From: a virus
Direction: 5' to 3' (one strand)
DNA length: 64,000 bases
Virus record (IMG/VR): IMGVR_UViG_3300023174_000156
Coordinates: 4,396-68,395 of that record
Shown here: in pieces, positions 1 through 8,544 of the stretch
Numbering within the stretch: the stretch's first letter is position 1
How the letters are laid out: each line of letters opens with the position of its first letter
Position numbers and translations under genes: made by a program
The notes under the pieces: generated by a model
Told to the model about the DNA's origin: nothing
Databases searched by the model: none
What the model saw: only the letters and a program-made list of their open reading frames with translations

Positions 1-294
1 CTTGAGGGTGATACCTACGGTCAAATTACTATAGATTCTTGTGTATATAATCATAGCATTAAACCACCCACCGCCATTTCTTTGGACGTAGAAGGTAGTG
101 AATGGAAGGTCCTAAAAGGGGCTGAGAGGGTGCTTAGAGAGCATAAACCTAAGATTTGGTTATCTGGACACCCTGAATTTATGTTGCAGCAATGGAACGA
201 GGCTCTGCATGACCTTAGACAATGGATAAAGGGATTAGGATATAAAGAAACTCTTTTAGATTATCAGCATGAGGTACATTTGTTTTATGAATAA
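1..294 (+). CDS. FkbM-family SAM-dependent methyltransferase (5' partial)
   Basis: Frame open from base 1: ...ITIDSCVY..KPPTAISLDVEGSEWKVLKGA..L..HKP; the DVEGxE..VLxGA motif is typical of FkbM. Confidence 0.8.
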   Translation, partial: LEGDTYGQITIDSCVYNHSIKPPTAISLDVEGSEWKVLKGAERVLREHKPKIWLSGHPEFMLQQWNEALHDLRQWIKGLGYKETLLDYQHEVHLFYE

Positions 295-904
295 TTTAAT
301 ATTTTGTGCACATGTAGATGATGCAATTTTTTCATTAGGTGATTATATTATTGATAGTAATGATAGTTTTACAATTGCAACTGCCTTTGCTGGCATACCA
401 ACAGATCCTTCTGGGTATAAAAAACACACTATATTAAGACAAGAACATAATGAAGCCTGCTCAATGATAAATGTTAAAGTGATTAATGGAGATTTACTAG
501 ACGATGTTTATGGAAAACAAAACGAAAATGATTTAATAGATTGGATAAAGTCTATAATTGTAAACTTTGATAACATCTATATTCCTCTTGGACTTCATCA
601 CCCAGATCACATTTTTTTATCAAACACCTTGCTTAACTTAATAAAATATTTTAATAAAACATACTTTCTTTATGCTGAGTTGCCATATAGATTTTCATAT
701 CCAGAGTCATACAAAATAAGATTAAAACAGGTTGAATTAAATAATAATTTAGAAAATATTAACACTAACTTTACAAAAAACAAAATGAATATAATAAAAC
801 AATATAATTCGCAGATAGCCTATGTAAATAATACATCAATCATAGATGAAGAATTAGTTAAAAATCTTATTACAGAAGAAAAGGTATGGAAGGTTTTAAC
901 ATGA
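287..904 (+). CDS. PIG-L/LmbE-family de-N-acetylase
   Basis: AHVDD motif near N-terminus, RxxE, HHPDH and YAELPY motifs; ATG 287 overlaps upstream gene. Confidence 0.8.
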   Translation: MNNLIFCAHVDDAIFSLGDYIIDSNDSFTIATAFAGIPTDPSGYKKHTILRQEHNEACSMINVKVINGDLLDDVYGKQNENDLIDWIKSIIVNFDNIYIPLGLHHPDHIFLSNTLLNLIKYFNKTYFLYAELPYRFSYPESYKIRLKQVELNNNLENINTNFTKNKMNIIKQYNSQIAYVNNTSIIDEELVKNLITEEKVWKVLT

Positions 905-1749
905 TTAGCGCATATCTTTACTCAGTTAAACAAGAAGACTGTGCTGCTGATAAATGGGATTACGGTTTATTAAAAGAATTTTTTAATAAAAACAATATTA
1001 AACCAGACAGGGTAACAACTTTACCCAGTATGGATAGAGCCTTTGTTGTTATTCCTGGACCACAAAACGTAGGCTTTGAAGATCAAATATCTGAAGAGTT
1101 AAATAAGATAAATAGGGTAGTTTTATTTATTACTGGGGATGAAAGTGCTACGTTTAATGTTGATAAAATAAAACATAATAATATTGAAATTTGGATTCAG
1201 TACCCGCACAGAAGGCATTCGCAATACAATAAGTTAGCACTAGGTGTGCCACAACACCTATCAAACAATTTGCCAGAATACCAAGATAAGTCATATGATG
1301 TATTTTTTTCAGGGCAAATAACACATCAGAGAAGGCGAGAACTTGCAACCGTCATGCCTGACATACCAAACTCTTTTTATAATCCAACCAATGGCTTTGC
1401 AGAAGGTTTAAATCCAAAATCATATTATAATAAAATGTTTTTATCAAAAATTGTTCCTTGTCCAAGCGGGGCTGAAGTAATAGACTCTTTTAGATTTTAT
1501 GAAGCAATAGAAATGCTTTGTTTACCTTTGGGAGATAAATTAGATTCAAAAATGCAAAACACAGACTTTTTTAATTTTTTATTTGAAAATAATCATAAAA
1601 TAAAAACTTTTGAAAATTGGCGACGCCTGCCTGATTTGTTGCCTGAATTATTAAATAACTATACATTTGAAATGCATCAAATTGTTTGTTGGTGGATTAA
1701 ATATAAAAGAGATTTATTTATTGAATTAATGAGGCAAGTAAATGCATAA
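901..1749 (+). CDS. Exostosin/GT47-like glycosyltransferase
   Basis: YDVFFSGQ..H.RR, SKIVPCPSG, SFRFYEAIEMLCLP motifs; ATGA overlap with upstream stop. Confidence 0.7.
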   Translation: MISAYLYSVKQEDCAADKWDYGLLKEFFNKNNIKPDRVTTLPSMDRAFVVIPGPQNVGFEDQISEELNKINRVVLFITGDESATFNVDKIKHNNIEIWIQYPHRRHSQYNKLALGVPQHLSNNLPEYQDKSYDVFFSGQITHQRRRELATVMPDIPNSFYNPTNGFAEGLNPKSYYNKMFLSKIVPCPSGAEVIDSFRFYEAIEMLCLPLGDKLDSKMQNTDFFNFLFENNHKIKTFENWRRLPDLLPELLNNYTFEMHQIVCWWIKYKRDLFIELMRQVNA

Positions 1750-2503
1750 AAGAGATATAACAATTGTTATGGCTACATCTGTAATTCTCGATCATCCAAA
1801 TACAACAATGATAGAACAAACTATTAGTGATATTCGTGTTCACTTTCCAAATAATGAAATTATCATGCAAATAGATGGTCTTAGAGAAGAGCAGCAAGAC
1901 CGTAAAAAAGATTACGATGAATATAAGAGTCGCATTTTGTGGAAATGTTTACATGAAGATAAAAACATACTACCATTTATATTTAAAGAACACAGCCATC
2001 AAACCAACATGATGCGTCAAACAATTAATGAAATTAAAACACCCCTATTACTTTATGTTGAAGGTGATGCTCCTTTAACTCCAGATACACCAATAGACTG
2101 GGATAAATGTTTAGATATGTTTGAATACAATAAAGCAAATACCATTCGTTTTCATTTTGAAGCACATATACCAAAAGAACATGAACATCTTATGTTTGGC
2201 TTAGAAGATGGCTTTATGAAAACTACACAATGGAGTCAACGACCACATCTAAGTAGAAAAAAATACTATAAAGATATTGTACTTCCAAGATGTAGGGATA
2301 AATTTTTTATAGAAGATACATTTCATGGAGCAATTCAAGATGACATATCTCCATATGACGTGTTTGATCAAGGAAATTGGGAAACACATAAACTTTGGAT
2401 TTATCATCCAGAAGGAAATATTAAACGTTCTTATCACTTAGATGGTCGCCAAGGCGGAAGAAAGTACACTTCCGATGATGATGTTTGGGGGTATAAAGAA
2501 TGA
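1742..2503 (+). CDS. GT-A fold (GT2-like) glycosyltransferase
   Basis: ITIVMATS start, IIMQIDG, KTPLLLYVEGD (DxD-like), HLDGR near C-terminus; position in GT cluster. Confidence 0.6.
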   Translation: MHKRDITIVMATSVILDHPNTTMIEQTISDIRVHFPNNEIIMQIDGLREEQQDRKKDYDEYKSRILWKCLHEDKNILPFIFKEHSHQTNMMRQTINEIKTPLLLYVEGDAPLTPDTPIDWDKCLDMFEYNKANTIRFHFEAHIPKEHEHLMFGLEDGFMKTTQWSQRPHLSRKKYYKDIVLPRCRDKFFIEDTFHGAIQDDISPYDVFDQGNWETHKLWIYHPEGNIKRSYHLDGRQGGRKYTSDDDVWGYKE

Positions 2504-3537
2504 AACTAGGAATTATAGCAAGATGTGACAATACTGGTCTTGGTAATCAGACTAAAGAGTTAGTAAAAATGTTAAATCCTGATAAAATTTTACTTATTGA
2601 TTCATATTCTTTTAATAACAATAAACAATACCCGCAATGGTATGACGGATATAACGTAATAAAAACAATAAAGGGTATGCCTAGAACAAATGAGGTTCTT
2701 TCTTTTTTAGATGGTATTGATGTTGTTATAAGTTGTGAAACATTTTATCATTTAGATTTTATTGATATGGCAAGAAAGAGAAATATAAAAACAATATTAC
2801 AATATAACTATGAACTATTTGGAAATTTAGTTCATCCAGAATGGTTACTCCCAGATATATTATTGTCACCAAGTAGTTGGAATATAGATATTGTTGAAAA
2901 AAAATTTGAATCAAAGTGCAAGGTATATCACCTACCACCACCAACAGATACATCATTATTTAATGCTGCAAGAGAAAATAACCTATCAAAAACCCATAAA
3001 CGAATACTTCATATTGCTGGTAAAAAAGCAGCCAAAGATAGGAATGGAACTAATACTGTAGTAGAAATGCTTAAACATTCTAGTGCAGATTATGAACTTG
3101 TAATAGCAACACAAACCCCTCTAGACTTTCTAAACAAAGATAGCCGTTTAAAAATAAACAAAGATAACGTTAGAAATAGAGAAGATTTATACAACGGCTA
3201 TGATGCCATGGTTCTTCCTAGGCGTTATGCTGGTCTTTGTTTACCTATGAATGAGGCTTTAATTTCTGGTCTACCCGTTTTTATGACAGATATATCTCCA
3301 AATAATCAAATACTTCCAAGTGATTGGCTAATACATTCAAATAAAATTGGTGAATTTAAAACTAAATCAATGGTAGATATATATGAGGCTGACGCAATAA
3401 AATTAAGTAACACAATAGATAATTATATTAACAATGATAAAATAAATAAATATAAAAACATTGCAATAGAAATTGGATTTAATAATTTTTCAGTTGAAAA
3501 CTTAAAAGATAAGTGGTTAAAGGTTATTAATGAATAA
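2500..3537 (+). CDS. GT4-family glycosyltransferase (GT-B)
   Basis: TGLGNQT N-terminal loop; YDAMVLPRRYAGLCLPMNEALISGLPVFMTD acceptor motif. Confidence 0.8.
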   Translation: MKLGIIARCDNTGLGNQTKELVKMLNPDKILLIDSYSFNNNKQYPQWYDGYNVIKTIKGMPRTNEVLSFLDGIDVVISCETFYHLDFIDMARKRNIKTILQYNYELFGNLVHPEWLLPDILLSPSSWNIDIVEKKFESKCKVYHLPPPTDTSLFNAARENNLSKTHKRILHIAGKKAAKDRNGTNTVVEMLKHSSADYELVIATQTPLDFLNKDSRLKINKDNVRNREDLYNGYDAMVLPRRYAGLCLPMNEALISGLPVFMTDISPNNQILPSDWLIHSNKIGEFKTKSMVDIYEADAIKLSNTIDNYINNDKINKYKNIAIEIGFNNFSVENLKDKWLKVINE

Positions 3538-3540
3538 ACA

Positions 3541-3568
3541 GAAAAGCCAGCCTATCTCTAGACTGGCT
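3541..3568 (-). terminator. Intrinsic terminator at the convergence of the two transcription blocks
   Basis: - strand AGCCAGTCTA-GAGA-TAGGCTGGCT followed by TTTCTGTTT. Confidence 0.75.
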
Positions 3569-3585
3569 ATCTGATAGAAGATTGA

Positions 3586-3852
3586 TTACTTCTTAGCAGC
3601 AGCCTTTTTTGCTGGTGCCTTTGCAGACTTAAGAGCCTTTGCAACTTCAGCAGCATCAGGTAAAATACCAAATGCTTTGTCGTTTGGATTAAGTGCTCTC
3701 AATGCGACGGGTGCTACAGCAGCAACTAGTGCAGCCCATAGATCCTTTGGATCTGTTACGCCAGCCATGTATAGTGCAAGACCTGATGCAAGTACTGAGC
3801 GACCATATGATGCCAGCATTGCCTTTGTCTTATTGTTTAGTAAGTTATTCAT
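3586..3852 (-). CDS. Small membrane protein, holin-like
   Basis: AGGAGG SD before ATG 3852; two hydrophobic segments (SYGRSVLASGLALY; LWAALVAAVAPVALRALNP), Lys/Ala-rich tail. Confidence 0.55.
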   Translation of the reverse strand: MNNLLNNKTKAMLASYGRSVLASGLALYMAGVTDPKDLWAALVAAVAPVALRALNPNDKAFGILPDAAEVAKALKSAKAPAKKAAAKK

Positions 3853-3860
3853 TATTCCTC

Positions 3861-4019
3861 CTAGGATATAATTTGTGTTAGTATTGTAAAACCAATCCAC
3901 AGCCCAATAATTCCTGCGACTCCCGCAAAAACTGGTGGTGCTGGTACTGGTAATTTGAATGCAGCAAACACAACACCGCACCCAAAACCTGTTAATACTG
4001 AAAGCAGTATGTCTCTCAT
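3861..4019 (-). CDS. XapX/DUF1427-like small membrane protein (52 aa, not in ORF track)
   Basis: Manual translation MRDILLSVLTGFGCGVVFAAFKLPVPAPPVFAGVAGIIGLWIGFTILTQIIS; LPVPAPP..AG..GI.G is characteristic of XapX. Confidence 0.75.
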   Translation of the reverse strand: MRDILLSVLTGFGCGVVFAAFKLPVPAPPVFAGVAGIIGLWIGFTILTQIIS

Positions 4020-4444
4020 GTATTTTTTATTTCTGATTCATTTGGCAAAAACTTTTTTAAATCTTTATATGCAGCAGATATTTTTTTCATACCAATATTT
4101 AAAGGATTACCTTCTTGTATGGAACTAAAATCATCAAAGTAACTAATAGTTGGATCCACCTCTTCAACAAATTTTGTTAAACCCTTTTGGACATCTTCAA
4201 TATATGTAAAAGCCCAATCACGAGAATCTGACAAAAACTTAATAAAATTTTCTCTGTGTATATCATTATCTGTCAACTCTTGATTTGACTTAGTAGACTC
4301 AGCCTGTTGATTAAGTTTAAAATTTTCTAAAAATAATTGAGCGGAAGTTAAACTAAGTTTTCTTAACTTAGATAATACTGCTAAGTATGATATGGCAAAA
4401 GATACAGACAGGAATATAAAAAATATCAACAAACCAGTTCTCAT
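4016..4444 (-). CDS. Hypothetical membrane-anchored protein
   Basis: N-terminal TM helix; ATGA overlaps on both sides. Confidence 0.6.
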   Translation of the reverse strand: MRTGLLIFFIFLSVSFAISYLAVLSKLRKLSLTSAQLFLENFKLNQQAESTKSNQELTDNDIHRENFIKFLSDSRDWAFTYIEDVQKGLTKFVEEVDPTISYFDDFSSIQEGNPLNIGMKKISAAYKDLKKFLPNESEIKNT

Positions 4445-4938
4445 GATGCTACCCCCAATAAACTTTTTTCAACATGTGTTGCCCAATAATATAAACATTT
4501 ATCACAACAAGGTCTATTATACTCGTTCTTAGTGTCCATGTAAAACTCAGCATAGTAGATAGGATCTTTACGATATAAGTTAACCCTATGAGTGATATTT
4601 ACACGGTTTATATGGGAAGGCTTGTTCCAGACTGGTTTATTAGTACCCCAAATCTGCCCACAAACAGCCTCTAGAGCCTCTATATTGGCTTCGTTCTTGT
4701 CTGTCCTAATACCCCTTACCTTAGCCTCTGCAATCATGACCTTAGCATAGTTACGTAATGACCATTCAGCATTTTTCCACATCAATACCGCTGGATGATT
4801 TCGCCAAGCCCCTGAAGGAGATTTACCAGACAAAACTTTAAGTATCTGATAGGCTTCTAATATCTGTTTATTTAATCTTTTATTATCTAATATTTCTGCA
4901 CACTGATCATAATCTTTGTAGGGTAGAAAGGTTTGCAT
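4441..4938 (-). CDS. Pyrimidine-dimer DNA glycosylase-like protein (MSMEG_6728/DenV family)
   Basis: MQTFLPY...LDNKRLNKQILEAYQIL...WRNHPAVLMW...HRVNLYRKDP..Y. Confidence 0.8.
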   Translation of the reverse strand: MQTFLPYKDYDQCAEILDNKRLNKQILEAYQILKVLSGKSPSGAWRNHPAVLMWKNAEWSLRNYAKVMIAEAKVRGIRTDKNEANIEALEAVCGQIWGTNKPVWNKPSHINRVNITHRVNLYRKDPIYYAEFYMDTKNEYNRPCCDKCLYYWATHVEKSLLGVAS

Positions 4939-5168
4939 TATTTAATAGCCTCTCTAGTAATCATAACTATTGCTCCGTTATCCTCTAAAGCCTTTTTTAC
5001 TCTTACCATATATTCTATCGCTTGTCGCTTCTCTGTGTCAAATAGACGCATAAACATAGCCTCATTAGCCTTAACTGTAATAAAATGTTCATTGTCAATA
5101 ATGTCTACCTTGAAATTTTTAGGGGCTGGTATTGAATGAAAAGCCATCTTCATTTTATCTGTATACAT
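4938..5168 (-). CDS. Hypothetical protein
   Basis: ORF coupled to neighbours; likely start MYTDKM at 5168. Confidence 0.6.
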   Translation of the reverse strand: MYTDKMKMAFHSIPAPKNFKVDIIDNEHFITVKANEAMFMRLFDTEKRQAIEYMVRVKKALEDNGAIVMITREAIK

Positions 5169-5452
5169 TATTTTTCCATTGTTAGAGATTGCCAAGTAGT
5201 TGACCAGTCTTGCTTGGTTTTATGATTGTTAAATTCTTTTGAAACTTCTCCGCCTTCTAAATACACACCACCCCAAACTCCCCATTCTTTACCAGATATA
5301 CCAACAGCAAAACATGTTTTGGCTACTGGACACATCTGACACATAGAGTCAACAACTCCACGGCTTGATGGATTGTCTTCATACTTATCAAAATATATGT
5401 TAGTGTCAAGACCTAAACATATTGCATCGTCTTTCCATAAATGCTGCTTCAT
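5168..5452 (-). CDS. whiB: WhiB-family Fe-S transcription factor
   Basis: W...A.C...C..CPV...C.....EWGVWGG: four Cys plus the GVWGG turn. Confidence 0.9.
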   Translation of the reverse strand: MKQHLWKDDAICLGLDTNIYFDKYEDNPSSRGVVDSMCQMCPVAKTCFAVGISGKEWGVWGGVYLEGGEVSKEFNNHKTKQDWSTTWQSLTMEK

Positions 5453-5454
5453 TT

Positions 5455-5664
5455 TTAATCTCGATACTTGTTTGGAATATCCCAACCATTACGACCAGGT
5501 GAATAAATTTTATGTACATACCACTTATCTTTTACTCTAATGCCTGTTGGAGATGTCTTTGCAATGTCTGATTCTTTTAAATCAATAATATCCCAACCAT
5601 TCCAAATTAAATTTTTATTCTTGGAAACAATTTTTTCCATTGTATTTAAACTTCTAATTAACAT
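5455..5664 (-). CDS. Hypothetical protein
   Basis: 69 aa ORF with SD-like AGGGG upstream. Confidence 0.55.
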   Translation of the reverse strand: MLIRSLNTMEKIVSKNKNLIWNGWDIIDLKESDIAKTSPTGIRVKDKWYVHKIYSPGRNGWDIPNKYRD

Positions 5665-5673
5665 AAATACCCC

Positions 5674-6024
5674 CTAGTATTTAAATATACCAATTTCTAC
5701 ATTTTTTAGTTGTGCTTCTGAAACTAACTTAGATATTTTTTCATTTGGCTTGCTCAAAAATGCAAAATAATTTATTTGATCTAAATTTTCTTTCATCCAA
5801 AGCGGAGCAACTTTATAAAACTTTATCTTTTTTCCTCTTGCTTTCATTCCTTTTTCTGACACATTAGAAAATTCTGAAACAAAAGAGTTTACTTTTGCGG
5901 GACCAGCAGAATAAATAATAAACTCATTATCTTCCTGATTCATATTTGACATGGCAACACCCATAGAGCGAATAAAAACTCCATAGTCATTGAACTCATT
6001 GGTTCCCTGAACTGCCACGATCAT
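5674..6024 (-). CDS. Hypothetical protein, possibly SLOG/YspA-like
   Basis: MIVAVQGTNEFNDY resembles the SLOG-family N-terminus (weak). Confidence 0.5.
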   Translation of the reverse strand: MIVAVQGTNEFNDYGVFIRSMGVAMSNMNQEDNEFIIYSAGPAKVNSFVSEFSNVSEKGMKARGKKIKFYKVAPLWMKENLDQINYFAFLSKPNEKISKLVSEAQLKNVEIGIFKY

Positions 6025-6412
6025 TTCTTTTCCCATCCCTTAAACTATCCAGTATGAATAGCATTTTATCTAAATCTACTTTTGACAAACTATCTATGTC
6101 TACTGGCTTTGCGGTATTTTTTTGTACTTCCCCGTCAATAGCCTCTGCAACATAAAATTTATTGTCAGATACCCAGTAAGCCTGATTACCTAAAACAATA
6201 ACTTTAATCATACCCTTTTGTTTGTGTTTTGTCAACTGGGTAAAATTATTATTATTTGCTAAAGAAATTGAAAAAAAATGTTTTAACAGTCTGTGTACGT
6301 CGCTTTGACGAGACAAAGTTGTTGAAATTTTCTTTTTTTCAGGTTTCTTTCTTTTATTAATTATAATCCAAATAACACCTAATGTCAAGAATATTGCTAT
6401 TAATTCTTGCAT
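5996..6412 (-). CDS. Hypothetical membrane-anchored protein
   Basis: N-terminal TM followed by a basic patch. Confidence 0.55.
   Translation of the reverse strand: MQELIAIFLTLGVIWIIINKRKKPEKKKISTTLSRQSDVHRLLKHFFSISLANNNNFTQLTKHKQKGMIKVIVLGNQAYWVSDNKFYVAEAIDGEVQKNTAKPVDIDSLSKVDLDKMLFILDSLRDGKRNDRGSSGNQ
6360..6388 (-). promoter_or_regulatory. Perfect sigma70/SigA-type promoter
   Basis: TTGACA-17 nt-TATAAT on the - strand, inside the 5' end of ORF 5996-6412. Confidence 0.7.
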
Positions 6413-6424
6413 TATCGTAATATT

Positions 6425-6601
6425 CTATTTTTTACTTGCAGTAGACTTGTTGTTTGTCTGTACTTCTACAGCAGTATCATAGAGTGCAGTAATCCTATTT
6501 AACTTTATCTGCATTTGCAATAAATTAAATTCAAGATCTGCACTTTTTTGTTTATAAAAAATAACTAATTGCTTTATTTCTTCTAGACTTAAATCCTCCA
6601 C
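6425..6601 (-). CDS. Hypothetical coiled-coil protein (58 aa, not in ORF track)
   Basis: GTG start after AAGGGG: MEDLSLEEIKQLVIFYKQKSADLEFNLLQMQIKLNR... Confidence 0.6.
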   Translation of the reverse strand: MEDLSLEEIKQLVIFYKQKSADLEFNLLQMQIKLNRITALYDTAVEVQTNNKSTASKK

Positions 6602-6603
6602 TT

Positions 6604-6975
6604 TTACCCCTTTCTGAAACTAAATGGACTTCCGTTCCAAACCTTTTCAACTTGTTTCTTTTCTCTTTCAACAATGGCACGACTCCATGCAAATCCTGCA
6701 TCTCCACCCCATGCATCCCACATAATTCTTCCATTAGAAGGAAACTCTGGACCATCATAAAAACCTTTGCCCTTTTTATCTACTTCATGACGTGAAAAAA
6801 AAGAATACATACGTTTAACAGTACTCAAAGACATTGCTCTACCAGCAACGATATCTGTTGCTCTTCCCCAGCCCACTGGAGTTCCAGCACCTGTTGCCTT
6901 ACCATCTTCTTTCCATTTTAGGGCACGACGAGCAGCAGCCTTCATGCCAGCATTTGGTGTATATGTATCAGCCAT
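6604..6975 (-). CDS. Phage head-associated domain protein; putative capsid cargo
   Basis: YTPNAGMKAAARRAL.W...GTPVGWGRA...LSTVKRMYSFFSRHE...IMWDAWGGDAG; C-terminus VEKVWNGSPF resembles the scaffold C-terminus. Confidence 0.65.
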   Translation of the reverse strand: MADTYTPNAGMKAAARRALKWKEDGKATGAGTPVGWGRATDIVAGRAMSLSTVKRMYSFFSRHEVDKKGKGFYDGPEFPSNGRIMWDAWGGDAGFAWSRAIVEREKKQVEKVWNGSPFSFRKG

Positions 6976-7078
6976 TTTTTTTACTCTTCTTTTCTTGCTT
7001 TGCGGCACGCTTTTCTTTAAGAGTCATTTTTGGCTCCTTTTTTTTATTAGCATTGCCTTTTTGTTCTTTATTAGCCAT
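6968..7078 (-). CDS. Small highly basic peptide (36 aa, not in ORF track)
   Basis: MANKEQKGNANKKKEPKMTLKEKRAAKQEKKSKKNG; overlaps both neighbours; GGGTGG SD-like sequence. Confidence 0.55.
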   Translation of the reverse strand: MANKEQKGNANKKKEPKMTLKEKRAAKQEKKSKKNG

Positions 7079-7229
7079 TTGCTACCACCCTTTTTTGTTT
7101 TATTTTATACGGACCTAAATCTGCTTTAATACTGCCGTCTTTTCTGAGACGAACAATCCGACCATCTTTAATTTGCATTGGATTAAATCCATGATTTTTA
7201 AAATAAGATCCTGAAGATTTTTTAGACAT
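7071..7229 (-). CDS. Small basic protein (52 aa, not in ORF track)
   Basis: MSKKSSGSYFKNHGFNPMQIKDGRIVRLRKDGSIKADLGPYK...; TAATG coupling to upstream gene. Confidence 0.55.
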   Translation of the reverse strand: MSKKSSGSYFKNHGFNPMQIKDGRIVRLRKDGSIKADLGPYKIKQKRVVANG

Positions 7230-8179
7230 TATTTTATAAAATTCTTTGGATCTAACAAACCATCATTCCAGATAGTTTTAGTTACTGTTTTTTCTGATTT
7301 ATAAGTTCCACCACGACGTTTGTATTCTTGAACTACCCAAGAGTTAGCAACTGCAGATGGATATACATCAAATTTATCTTTTGCTTCTTGAATAATACGT
7401 GCATACAATCTAGCATTTGCTGGCTCACTACCTCCACTACGTGGTTTAATAAATTCATCGTAGTTTGGTTTTTTTGCTTTATCTATTTCATTTGACTTAC
7501 TTACTGGAACACAATTAGGGACCATGCGTCCATCTTTTTCTTTCATACCCTGTTGTTCATAACCAACCCAACATGCTTTTGTCATGTTATCCCATTTATC
7601 TTCATCTTCATTTTCTGAATGATATGACTTACCCATTTGCACATCATACATATTTTGCATATCTGATTGCTCTGGCATTGATGGAATACCAGAACCATTA
7701 GATCCTACTTCCATAACCATTTCAACAGATACTGACAGTGATTCAATTTTAACAACTTCAGACATGCGATGATAAACAACATAGGCTTCTTCTTCCCATG
7801 CTCCATTTTCTTCTTCATATAATCTTATAATAATTGGTTTATCATCTTCAGCATATTCTAATGCATACTCTGATCCTTCAAGTCCAAGCATTCCTGGATT
7901 TGTCATTACATATTCAACACGACCAACTTTTAATTCGTCATCATGCGTGAACATAACAAAATCACCTTCTGCAACCATTGACTTTTCTACTGATGTAATT
8001 GATTTACTAGCAGTGCTTGCCCAGATAGCACGAGCCTGTGCTTGTGCTTTAGCCTTTGTAGGATGACATCCATGAACTGTTCCATCAGCACTAACTGTTG
8101 GATATCCATCACATCCATAACTACCTTTTGCACCTGCACGATAACCACCTGCTGGCTTTCCGCCTCCGCCTACTGGCAT
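7229..8179 (-). CDS. Modular polyprotein-like protein, putative capsid-internal cargo
   Basis: Short modules (GCDGY..GCH; EGDFV..GRVE; CWVGY..VPNCVP; YPSAVANSWVVQEYKRRGG) separated by xK-S/A sites; AGGAGG SD and own promoter. Confidence 0.65.
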   Translation of the reverse strand: MPVGGGGKPAGGYRAGAKGSYGCDGYPTVSADGTVHGCHPTKAKAQAQARAIWASTASKSITSVEKSMVAEGDFVMFTHDDELKVGRVEYVMTNPGMLGLEGSEYALEYAEDDKPIIIRLYEEENGAWEEEAYVVYHRMSEVVKIESLSVSVEMVMEVGSNGSGIPSMPEQSDMQNMYDVQMGKSYHSENEDEDKWDNMTKACWVGYEQQGMKEKDGRMVPNCVPVSKSNEIDKAKKPNYDEFIKPRSGGSEPANARLYARIIQEAKDKFDVYPSAVANSWVVQEYKRRGGTYKSEKTVTKTIWNDGLLDPKNFIK

Positions 8180-8199
8180 AGCAAACCTCCTAAGTTTAT

Positions 8200-8216
8200 A
8201 TATAGATTATATCAGG
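8200..8216 (-). promoter_or_regulatory. Extended -10 promoter for the 8179-6425 operon
   Basis: TGATATAAT upstream of AGGAGG-ATG. Confidence 0.6.
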
Positions 8217-8544
8217 TTTTAGGATTTAAAAGCCTTATAATTTCAAAAAGGTTCCATCTATCTTTTTTAGATAATGCCTCTACTGCTGTTTTATCAAAAG
8301 ACTTTTCAGCAAGCGTAATTATTGGGTCTGGAGCAAGAAGATCTATATTTAAAAACCCTTTTTCCCATAATTTCATTACGCAAGAGTTGACCTCAGTCAT
8401 ATGTTCATGATATAGATCTGGCATGATATTTTTAATCTCAGGGGTAAAAGAATATAATAATTCACCAGTTTCTTGGTCAATCCCAACAGTTTCTAAACCA
8501 CCCTCAAGGATAAGTTTTTCAATCATCTTATCATCTTCATTCAT
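8212..8544 (-). CDS. Hypothetical protein
   Basis: 110 aa ORF overlapping the thioredoxin stop. Confidence 0.6.
   Translation of the reverse strand: MNEDDKMIEKLILEGGLETVGIDQETGELLYSFTPEIKNIMPDLYHEHMTEVNSCVMKLWEKGFLNIDLLAPDPIITLAEKSFDKTAVEALSKKDRWNLFEIIRLLNPKT

Noticed and set aside
3853-3981. Cys-rich N-terminal extension of ORF 3586-3981
   Set aside because: The region is occupied by the XapX-like gene in another frame; the true start is ATG 3852 after AGGAGG
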